A DNA stretch of 64,000 bases from Acidobacteriia bacterium AH_259_A11_L15 (GTDB lineage: Bacteria > Acidobacteriota > Terriglobia > Acidiferrales > 2-02-FULL-67-57), in assembly GCA_027717655.1 (NCBI GenBank), contig JALLOH010000002.1, forward strand, positions 3,474-67,473, written 5' to 3'. Shown here in pieces: positions 46,608-55,714 of the stretch. The notes under the pieces were generated by a model, which saw only the letters and a list, made by a program, of their open reading frames with translations, did no database searches and was not told the DNA's origin. Numbering within the stretch: the stretch's first letter is position 1; each line of letters opens with the position of its first letter. The position numbers and the translations under genes were made by a program.

Positions 46608-47522
46608 TCAGCCCATCCGCTTGAGAATCAGGAGAACCAGGTAAGCATCCTCGCCCCCCTGCGAACTGCGCAGCTCCAACGCAATCACGAACCGGTCCGT
46701 AGCCGAAGGCGTAAACACGACAATCGGATAGGAATCCGGCTCCACGTCTTCGCACTTCGCGCAGGCCAGGCCCCCGGAAGGGGTCCGCACGAACAGGTTG
46801 CTGTCCAGAACGTCTTTGTCGCCCCCGGCCAGGAAAACATAACTGATGTCGCCCGACAGCGAAATTTCCTGGCTCATGGTATCGCCCTGTTCATACAGCC
46901 CCCCGTACACGGCGAAGCCGTTGCGAGTGAAATCCAGCTCTTCGATCTCGGCACTGATCAAACGCATATTTTTGAGCGCGTCTTCCAGCGCCTGATCCAT
47001 CCAATCGGCGGGCGAGGCCTGGGCGACGGCGCCCGTCGCCGGAATCCGTTTGAGGATCAACAAGACCAGGTAGGAATCCCGCCCTTCCTGGGACTGGAAG
47101 AGCTGTAGGTCAATCACGAAGCGGCCAGTCTCCTGAGGGCTGAAGAAAATAATCGGAGTCGAGTCCTCCTGCGTATCCTTGCACTTCGGACAGGCCAGGT
47201 CTCCAGCCAGAGTTCGCACAAAGATGTCGGTGTCGATGACGCTGGGATCGCCCCCGCCCAAGAACAGGTAGTCCACCCCGCCGGACAGGGTGACTTCCTG
47301 GGTCATGTTGTCGCCCTGTTCAAACACTCCCCCGTACAGGGCGAAGCCGTTCCGGGAGAAATCCACCCTCTCCTCCGGAGCCACGGTCTCGTAGACCTGC
47401 ATTTTCTTGAGTGCGTTCTCCAGCGCCGCGTCCATCCAATCCGCGGGCGTGCCTTGGGCATGAGCAGCGGGCGGGGACAGAATAAGGACGCCCAGGCCAA
47501 ACCAAAGAACCATTTTTTTCAT
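46608..47522 (-). CDS. hypothetical secreted protein made of two tandem about 145-aa homologous domains
   Basis: ATG 47522, signal peptide MKKMVLWFGLGVLILSPPAAHA. Both halves align (PADWMD.ALE.ALK.M...DF.RNGFA.YGG..EQGD.M.QE..LSG...Y.FL.GGD......FVRT..G.LAC.KC.D......PI..F.P....RFVI.L.L..SQ.G.D.YLVLLILKR). Confidence 0.7.
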   Translation of the reverse strand: MKKMVLWFGLGVLILSPPAAHAQGTPADWMDAALENALKKMQVYETVAPEERVDFSRNGFALYGGVFEQGDNMTQEVTLSGGVDYLFLGGGDPSVIDTDIFVRTLAGDLACPKCKDTQEDSTPIIFFSPQETGRFVIDLQLFQSQEGRDSYLVLLILKRIPATGAVAQASPADWMDQALEDALKNMRLISAEIEELDFTRNGFAVYGGLYEQGDTMSQEISLSGDISYVFLAGGDKDVLDSNLFVRTPSGGLACAKCEDVEPDSYPIVVFTPSATDRFVIALELRSSQGGEDAYLVLLILKRMG

Positions 47523-47650
47523 GTCGCTACTCCTCGCCCGGCGGTGCGAAGCCGTGGCCGTCGGCCGCTTCGGGGGCATGCGAGCGGCCTTGCCTCGGCC
47601 GCCAAAACACTATCAGCCCCATGAATAATAACCCACCGCCGATTGTTGTG

Positions 47651-47679
47651 ATGCTAATTCCCAAGATACGGGTTGTCAA
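47651..47679 (-). promoter_or_regulatory. sigma70-type promoter (TTGACA-17-TAGCAT) for the 46608..47522 gene
   Basis: On the minus strand, TTGACA is at 47679-47674, then a 17-nt spacer, then TAGCAT at 47656-47651. Confidence 0.4.
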
Positions 47680-47917
47680 GGGAAAGGTCAGGCCGGTACG
47701 GCCTTGCCGGGTAAGCCCGCTCCCGGCGCTGGGTAGTGGGTCAGTTTGGTTGTAGCGGCGGTCTATGACCGCCGAAGCTGCGTTTTTAACGGGCACCGGC
47801 GCTCCCAGAGCGCCGCTACAGCAACCCGTCCCACTACCGAATGGCTTTCAATGGGAATCTAATTCAATCTGACCCACTACCCGGCGCTGGCCGCACCCCA
47901 GAAGTGTGGGGCCGGTG

Positions 47918-47926
47918 TGCTATACT
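47918..47926 (+). promoter_or_regulatory. extended -10 element TGCTATACT upstream of efp
   Basis: TGnTATACT lies 37 nt upstream of the efp ATG. The same 9-mer recurs upstream of infC (57678) and a 1-mismatch variant occurs at 63967. Confidence 0.3.
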
Positions 47927-47962
47927 GGGTTGTCAAGAACACTTCATCGAGGCTGGCAAGCG

Positions 47963-48529
47963 ATGGCCACAGTCCAAGCCACCAAGCTCCGTCCCAGGAT
48001 GGTGATTCAATTGGACGGGGACCTCTACTCCATTTTCAGCCTCAACCACCGCACGCCCGGCAACAAGCGCGGGTTTGTGCGGGCGAAGCTGCGCGACCTG
48101 AACAGCGGAGCCATGATCGAGCACCGGTTCAGCTCGGAAGATTTCGTCGAGCGCGCCTACCTGGACGAAAAAGAGGTAGAATTCCTGTACCGGGAAGGCG
48201 ACGTTTTCACCTTTATGGATACCAGCACCTACGAGCAGTACCCCTTGAACCGGGAGGCTCTGGGGAGCACCGTCGGCTACCTCACCCCCAACGGCCGGTT
48301 GCAGGTGACGTTCTTCCAGGGCAAGCCGCTGGGCATCGAGCTGCCCGCTTCGGTGGAGTTGAAGGTGGTGGAGACCGAGCCGGGCATCAAGGGCGCCTCG
48401 GCCACCAACGTCACCAAGCCGGCCAAGCTCGAGACCGGCCTCACCGTGCAGGTTCCGCCCTTCGTGAATGAGGGCGAAGTGATCCGTGTGGATACGGCCG
48501 AAGGCACTTACCTGGAACGGGTGCGCTAA
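47963..48529 (+). CDS. efp: elongation factor P
   Basis: Three-domain EF-P pattern (LRPRMVIQLDGDLY..., GFVRAKLRDL, TEPGIKGASATNVTKPAKLETG). ATG at 47963. Confidence 0.93.
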   Translation: MATVQATKLRPRMVIQLDGDLYSIFSLNHRTPGNKRGFVRAKLRDLNSGAMIEHRFSSEDFVERAYLDEKEVEFLYREGDVFTFMDTSTYEQYPLNREALGSTVGYLTPNGRLQVTFFQGKPLGIELPASVELKVVETEPGIKGASATNVTKPAKLETGLTVQVPPFVNEGEVIRVDTAEGTYLERVR

Positions 48530-48607
48530 AGCTTTCCCGGCGAAAAGGCGGCGCGGGCGGATGGGAGCGGCTGCGCCGGAGAAACCCTGCTTCCCCCGGA
48601 GGTTCCC

Positions 48608-48948
48608 TTGACCCCAACCTCGGAACGGCGTGAGCACTCGCGAATCACGGTGAACGAGCGCCTGGAATTTCTCAGTGGAGAAATCCGCGGGCATGGCCGG
48701 CTGACCGATCTCAGCCTGGGCGGGCTAGCGCTGGAGTCGCCCGACCCCCCGCTGGGAAGGGGAACGCGAGCCCGGGTCAGCTTCATGATCGGCGGTCAAA
48801 AGGTGGAGACGGAGGCCGTCGTCACTCGCGATGATCCCGGCGGGAAGATGGGGATGCAATTCGTGCAGATGGCACCCCACGAGCGCTTCGGGCTGGACGA
48901 GTACCTGCGCTACCGCCGGGGAGAAGGGGGAGCGGACAAAGGAGCGCT

Positions 48949-48952
<4 letters not shown>
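48608..48952 (+). CDS. PilZ domain protein
   Basis: RREHSR (RxxxR) and DLSLGG (D/NxSxxG) c-di-GMP-binding motifs. TTG start. Confidence 0.75.
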
Positions 48953-50415
<1,463 letters not shown>

Positions 50416-50585
50416 GAGAACCGCGTGGTATTGCACCACAGCGACTGCGCAGGGTCAACTTGGCGCCGGCCCGGTCTGCCCTGCCTTCCACAGGCAGGCG
50501 ACAGGCAGGGGCAGGCAGGGTTGACGCCCGCCAGCCGTGCGACTAGAGTAAGGTTCGCCGCCACCGACGCCCTCGGGAGAGACCT

Positions 50586-51185
50586 GTGGCCGCCACCACC
50601 GAAGACCAGCTCAGCCAACTCGAGAAAGACATCCGCCAGCTGCAAATCGAATACGACAGCTACTTTGCCGGCGGCCGCAAACGACCCCCCAGCGACACCG
50701 AGTGGCGGGTAAAGACCACTATCAGCAAGTTTTCGGAGCAGATCGGGCGGCTCAAGTATGCCCAGAGCTTCCGCTTCAACAACCTGGCGGCGCGCTACGC
50801 CAAGTTCAGCGAAATGTGGCGGAAGCGGCTCAAGAAGACGGAGGCGGGCCACAGCGCCTACGCCTACAGCAAGGTGGCGCGGGAGCTGGACCAGAAGCGC
50901 CTGGAAGAGGCCAGCCGGCAGCACGAAGCCCACCTGCATCACCAGACCACCCAGGTGGCCTTCAGCGACCCGCGGCGCGAATCCGAGAAAGTGCAGTCGC
51001 TCTACCGCAGCATGCTGGAAGCCAAGAAGGCCGCCGGCCAAGAGGCAGGCATCAACTTCGAGCAGTTCCACAAGTTTGTGCGGCAGAAAACCCAGCAGTT
51101 GAAGAAGCAGCTCGGTTGCCAGCAGGTGCAGTACTCGGTCTCGGTCGAACGCGGCCAGGTGAAGTTGAAGGCGAAGGGGGCGTAG
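50586..51185 (+). CDS. conserved hypothetical coiled-coil protein
   Basis: GTG start, coding-like composition (QLEKDIRQLQIEYDSYFAGGRKRPP...). Family not confidently recognised. Confidence 0.6.
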   Translation: MAATTEDQLSQLEKDIRQLQIEYDSYFAGGRKRPPSDTEWRVKTTISKFSEQIGRLKYAQSFRFNNLAARYAKFSEMWRKRLKKTEAGHSAYAYSKVARELDQKRLEEASRQHEAHLHHQTTQVAFSDPRRESEKVQSLYRSMLEAKKAAGQEAGINFEQFHKFVRQKTQQLKKQLGCQQVQYSVSVERGQVKLKAKGA

Positions 51186-51378
51186 GCGAGGCGGAAAACC
51201 TGGATCCGGCGCCCCTGGTGGTTGATTGAAGCCACCCCGACAGACCGGAATGTCTGCCCCACCAGCGAAACAGCCTGATTTCTGAGGGCGGGGATCCTTC
51301 GGCAAGCTCCCTTCGGCGCTGCTCAGGGCAAGCAGGACAAGTAACCGCCGCCCCCAGGTTACAGCGGGAGGAGAATCC

Positions 51379-53088
51379 ATGAAGGGTGTGGAACGGGCAC
51401 TGGTGAGCGTGTATGACAAGCGCGGCGTGGTGGAACTGGCGCGGGCGCTGGCGGCGCTGGAGATCGAAATTCTTTCCACCGGCGGCACCGCGCGCCGGCT
51501 GCGCGAGAACGGCGTGCGGTTGCGCGAAGTGAGCGAAGTCACCGGCTTCCCCGAAATGCTGGGCGGGCGGGTCAAGACGCTGCACCCGGCCATCCACGCC
51601 GGCATCCTGGCCCGGCGGGATGACCCGCAGCAGTTGGAGCAACTAAGACAGCAGGGCTTGGGGCCGATTGACCTGGTAGTGGTCAATCTCTATCCGTTCG
51701 CGCAGACGGCGGCGCGTCCCGAAGGTTCGGGAGGAGCCACGCCCGCCGAGCTGGTCGAAGAAATCGACATCGGCGGGCCGACGATGGTCCGGGCGGCGGC
51801 CAAGAACTTTCAGGGGGTGGGCGTAGTGGTCTCGCCCGATGACTACGAACGGGTGATCGAAGAGCTGAAAGCACAGGGCGGCCTGTCGCTGGGCACGCGT
51901 TTGGAACTGGCGCGCAAGGCCTTCGCCACCACCGCCGCGTATGACGCGACGATTGCCAGCACCCTCGAAGAACTGCGCGTGGAGGGCAGCACGCTTACTC
52001 GCCAGCCGCCGACCGGCTTTCCCGCCTTCCTTCGGCTCACAGGAAAGAAAGTGACGGACCTGCGCTATGGGGAGAATCCGCATCAGCGAGCGGTCTTGTA
52101 CCGGCTCGCTGATGCGCCCGCCGGAGTCCCGCGTGGCGGGACGGAGGCGGGTGGCTTCGGCATCGCTGGCGCCCGCCAGCTTCAGGGCAAGGAACTCAGC
52201 TACAACAACCTGCTCGACCTGGACGCCGCCTGGGACTTGGCCTCGGAGTTCCAAGAACCCTTCGGGGCGAGCCCTCAGGGTGAACCGGTGGTTGCCATCA
52301 TCAAGCACACCAACCCCTGCGGGGTGGCCGTGGGCCGTCCCGAAGCTTCGGGACAGGCCGAAGCCTACGAGAAGGCGCTGGCGTGCGACCCGGTTTCCGC
52401 CTTCGGCTCGGTCATGGGGCTGAACCAGCCGCTCACCGCCGCGACGGCCGAGGCGATGAGCAAGCTATTCGTCGAGGCCATCGCCGCGCCGGGCTACGAA
52501 CCCAAGGCGCGGGAGATTCTGGCCAAGAAGAAGAACCTCCGGTTGATGGAAGTGACCCCGCAAAGCGGGGTCATCCTGAGCGAGCCCGAAGGGCGAGTCG
52601 AAGGGTCTGCTTTTTTTCGCTATCGCCTCCGCTCCATTTCCGGCGGGCTGCTGGTGCAGGAAAAAGACTGCGGGCAATTGAACCCGAAGGAATTGCGCAC
52701 GGTCAGCAAACGCGCGCCCACGACCGAGGAGCTTCAGTCGCTGCTCTTCGCCTGGGTGGTGGCCAAGCACGTGAAGTCGAACGCCATCGTCTACGCCCGC
52801 GACGGGCAGACGGTCGGTATCGGCGCCGGGCAGATGAGCCGGGTGGATTCCGTCAAGCTCGGTGCTATGAAAGCCCGCGAGCTGGGCCACGCCGGGCGGC
52901 TGAAAGGCTCGGTGCTGGCCTCCGACGCTTTCTTCCCTTTCCCCGACGGCGTCGAAGAGGCGGCCAAGGCGGGCGTCACGGCGGTGATTCAACCCGGCGG
53001 CTCCAAGCGCGACCCGGAAGTCATCGCCGCCGCCGACCGCCTCGGCCTGACGATGGTGTTTACCGGCATCCGCCATTTCAGACATTGA
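51379..53088 (+). CDS. purH: bifunctional AICAR transformylase / IMP cyclohydrolase
   Basis: [68 protein letters not shown]. Contains an in-frame repeat-derived insertion at 52568-52612. Confidence 0.95.
   Translation: MKGVERALVSVYDKRGVVELARALAALEIEILSTGGTARRLRENGVRLREVSEVTGFPEMLGGRVKTLHPAIHAGILARRDDPQQLEQLRQQGLGPIDLVVVNLYPFAQTAARPEGSGGATPAELVEEIDIGGPTMVRAAAKNFQGVGVVVSPDDYERVIEELKAQGGLSLGTRLELARKAFATTAAYDATIASTLEELRVEGSTLTRQPPTGFPAFLRLTGKKVTDLRYGENPHQRAVLYRLADAPAGVPRGGTEAGGFGIAGARQLQGKELSYNNLLDLDAAWDLASEFQEPFGASPQGEPVVAIIKHTNPCGVAVGRPEASGQAEAYEKALACDPVSAFGSVMGLNQPLTAATAEAMSKLFVEAIAAPGYEPKAREILAKKKNLRLMEVTPQSGVILSEPEGRVEGSAFFRYRLRSISGGLLVQEKDCGQLNPKELRTVSKRAPTTEELQSLLFAWVVAKHVKSNAIVYARDGQTVGIGAGQMSRVDSVKLGAMKARELGHAGRLKGSVLASDAFFPFPDGVEEAAKAGVTAVIQPGGSKRDPEVIAAADRLGLTMVFTGIRHFRH
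52568..52612 (+). repeat. family-A repeat copy inserted in frame inside purH
   Basis: GGTCATCCTGAGCGAGCCCGAAGGGCGAGTCGAAGGGTCTGC, translated as [15 protein letters not shown]. Confidence 0.7.
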
Positions 53089-53450
53089 TGGGAACCACGG
53101 ATGTAGGAGTTACTGCCAAAATTAGTTATCATGATGGAGTAAACCAGTCAGTAGTCTCGGTGAATGGCATGCTGATCAACCTGTACTTGATCCTGGCAAT
53201 CGGAAGTTGGTTTTTCATGTTGTTCTTCGGAGAGAAGCTAGAAGGTCAAAAGGGAAAGAAGACGCAAGGCGTAGCCGGAATTTATCTCTTTTGGGGATAT
53301 ATTGCTTTCGTTTTCTGGTCGGCGGTCGTGCTCGGCATCTGGGAGCGAGAGTTGCTCATTGTGGCTGCTATCGGCAGCATCCCTGGACTCTTGGGTACCT
53401 ATCTGCTCCTCGGCACTGTGGTCGACGCTCTAAGAGGGAACAGAAATTAA
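53088..53450 (+). CDS. hypothetical 3-TM membrane protein (120 aa), islet 2
   Basis: The ATG overlaps the purH stop (TGATG). Three hydrophobic helices. AT-richer than the backbone. An internal ATG near 53169 is an alternative start. Confidence 0.55.
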   Translation: MGTTDVGVTAKISYHDGVNQSVVSVNGMLINLYLILAIGSWFFMLFFGEKLEGQKGKKTQGVAGIYLFWGYIAFVFWSAVVLGIWERELLIVAAIGSIPGLLGTYLLLGTVVDALRGNRN

Positions 53451-53483
53451 CTGCGCAACAATCGTAATGGGACACCAGCAAGC

Positions 53484-54266
53484 GTGGTTTCGCTTGCAGT
53501 CGCAATGACCAGCAGAACGATAGGGCGAGACGCACTCAAGCAAGCGATGATCCAAGCCCTGGAGTCATATCCTCTGTGCAAGTTTTTCTTGTCGCAGTAT
53601 GTCCAGAAAATGACCGATATAGATATGCAGCGAGACGAGGCATTCCATGTATCTGTCAAGCGGATTCTGTTGATCGACACCCACCTGATACGTGAGTTTG
53701 AAGCACTTATTTCTTCTTCCCTGCAAGCCTTGGGTTTGTCGAAGGAAGAGCTTAAGAAATCTTCGGAGTTCAACTTTGAGTGCTATAACCCTACAAACCT
53801 GGAAAGTTTCTTCGGTGTACTGCGCGCCGCGATCTTCCTACACGAAAAGGGGTATACGGATTTGAAGCTCCTCAAGCGGGCGTCCTGCGCTGACATTCTT
53901 TGTCGCTTCCATGGAAGATGGGTATGTCTTGAGGTGAAAACACTGACTTACGACCGTAGAGGGGGTAGAGGTTTATGGCTAGGGGATCAGGTAGGCGACA
54001 AACTGAAAGACATTCTCCCTTCCGCTCGAAGGCAGCTTTCAAAAGCAAGGGTGGACTATGCTTGCCCGGAAACCATCCTTGCCGTTGTAGTCAACTGGCT
54101 TGAACAATCGGCCGTACTCCAACAAGAAGACTATCAGGAGATTGTGGATAAACTGGAATCGGGTACGCCGAATCTCAACCAGCTAGAAGGACTAGATCAC
54201 ATTGTTTTTATCACTTACTTCGGTCAAGCTTACCCCTTCTCTCGGACTCAACTGGCTTCCTCATAA
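53484..54266 (+). CDS. hypothetical protein with PD-(D/E)xK nuclease-like core, islet 2
   Basis: ...RASCADILCRFHGRWVCLEVKTL... fits D-x13-E-x-K. A sampled 60-nt line is about 43% G+C. ATG at 53505 is an alternative start. Confidence 0.6.
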   Translation: MVSLAVAMTSRTIGRDALKQAMIQALESYPLCKFFLSQYVQKMTDIDMQRDEAFHVSVKRILLIDTHLIREFEALISSSLQALGLSKEELKKSSEFNFECYNPTNLESFFGVLRAAIFLHEKGYTDLKLLKRASCADILCRFHGRWVCLEVKTLTYDRRGGRGLWLGDQVGDKLKDILPSARRQLSKARVDYACPETILAVVVNWLEQSAVLQQEDYQEIVDKLESGTPNLNQLEGLDHIVFITYFGQAYPFSRTQLASS

Positions 54267-54273
54267 CGATCTC

Positions 54274-54360
54274 TTAGAACCGCATCAGGTCGCGGCCGAC
54301 AACGATTTTCCCTCTGAAGTGCTGGCGGGCGCCCTTCGACCCTTCGAGCAAGCTCAGGGC
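54274..54360 (-). pseudogene. ghost 3' end of a diverged MBL-hydrolase homolog
   Basis: The minus strand reads ...LLEGSKGARQHFRGKIVVGRDLMRF* (stop 54274-54276), versus the intact neighbour's C-terminus ...ILERAQRHFKGRIIVGKDLMRF* (stop 54401-54403). DNA identity is only about half. Confidence 0.55.
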
Positions 54361-54400
54361 AGGCTTCGCTCAGGGTGCGCCTCACTGGTGTCGAAGCAGT

Positions 54401-55405
54401 TCAAAACCGCATGAGATCTTTTCCCACGATTATCCTGCCCTTGAAATGCCTCTGCGCACGTTCGAGGATGGTTTGCTCGGCCTCGGGGTCGCCGGGGACG
54501 ACGTGGGTGAGCACCAGGAGCTTCACGCCCGCGGCTTGGGCCACCTGGCCGACTTCGGTGGCGCTGGTGTGGTAGGCCTTCAGGCGGGCGGCGACTTCGG
54601 GGCTGTCCACGCGGTCGAAGTGCTCGGGGAGGTAAACCTCGTGGATGAGGATGTCAGCGCCGCGGGCGTGCCGGATGAGGTTCTGGCTGGGGGCGGTGTC
54701 GCCGGAGATGACCACTGACCTAATGGGAAAAGCCGACGACGAAGCTGCCGCTTCGTCGCCGCTACCTGACCCCAGCAAATCAAAGCGGTAGCCGAAGGCC
54801 GGCTCCACCGGGCGGTGGTCGACAGCAAAGGCGGTGACGCGGACGTCCTCGTCTTCATACACCACGCCCTCTTCGACCGTGTGCACGTTGATGGTGGCGC
54901 CCGCCCCGGGGTGCCCTTCGGTGAGGTCGCGCCGGATGCGGATGTCCTCGGCGAAGTATTGCTCCAGCGCCGCGGCCATCTCCTCCGTGCCTACCGGCCC
55001 GTAGAGCTCCAGCGGCAGGTAGCGCCCGAAAATCCACGAGGTAGCGAACAGGTCAGGGAGGCCCGAAGTGTGGTCGGAGTGCAGGTGAGTGAGGAAGACG
55101 GCGCGCAGGCAGCGGCTGCCGGCGACGCCGCATGACTGCGGGAGGTCGAAGGCGGCCAGGCGCATCACCAGGCCGCGCCCCGCGTCCACGAGGAACACCT
55201 TCTCGCCCACCACGATGGCGGTTGACGCTCCCGCTCTTGCGGGATCGGGCCGCGGGTAGCCCGTCCCCAGCAGGATCACCTGCATCTCCTCCGCCAGTGC
55301 TTGCAACGATCCTCCTAGAAGCGGACCGAGGGCAAAGAGCAAACTAACCAGGAAGATTAGACTGCGCATGGTCGCGAGTTTGACATTGCGGACGGCGGGG
55401 GACAA
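54401..55405 (-). CDS. secreted MBL-fold metallo-hydrolase
   Basis: Signal peptide, LLGTGYPRPDP...FLVDAGRG...FLTHLHSDHTSGLPDL (HxHxDH). Confidence 0.85.
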   Translation of the reverse strand: MSPAVRNVKLATMRSLIFLVSLLFALGPLLGGSLQALAEEMQVILLGTGYPRPDPARAGASTAIVVGEKVFLVDAGRGLVMRLAAFDLPQSCGVAGSRCLRAVFLTHLHSDHTSGLPDLFATSWIFGRYLPLELYGPVGTEEMAAALEQYFAEDIRIRRDLTEGHPGAGATINVHTVEEGVVYEDEDVRVTAFAVDHRPVEPAFGYRFDLLGSGSGDEAAASSSAFPIRSVVISGDTAPSQNLIRHARGADILIHEVYLPEHFDRVDSPEVAARLKAYHTSATEVGQVAQAAGVKLLVLTHVVPGDPEAEQTILERAQRHFKGRIIVGKDLMRF

Positions 55406-55660
55406 GCCCTTGCCTACCCAAGAACCCAGAGGCCACTGGCGGGCGAGCGTCCCTGGAGGGGATGGGAAATGCGTCGAGAACGCGTTCTTGACGCATTTCG
55501 GGGCTAGGGGCGATCCAGAGGCCCTGTCTCATGCGTCCGGATGCATCCGGGACGCAGAACGCATGCGGGGGGCGCCTACCCCCCGGGGCCGCCGGCCAGC
55601 CGCGAAATTGACGCTCCCTGCAGGCCTCTGCTAGGTTAGACTTTCGCTGCGAGATTCGGG

Positions 55661-55704
55661 GCAGGCAGGAATGTCTGTTTGACAGACAGGAATGTCTGTC
55701 CTAC
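55661..55704. repeat. two tandem family-C hairpin repeats upstream of thrS
   Basis: GCAGGCAGGAATGTCTGTTTGACAGACAGGAATGTCTGTCCTAC. Confidence 0.75.
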
Positions 55705-55714
55705 TGAATAAGAG

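Noticed and set aside
47527-47796. 89-aa minus-strand ORF with one TM helix followed by RPRQGR (sorting-signal-like).
   Set aside because: It contains a near-consensus promoter (TTGACA-17-TAGCAT) for the downstream gene inside it. It has poor third-position GC and no RBS, so it is more likely a promoter/5'-UTR region.
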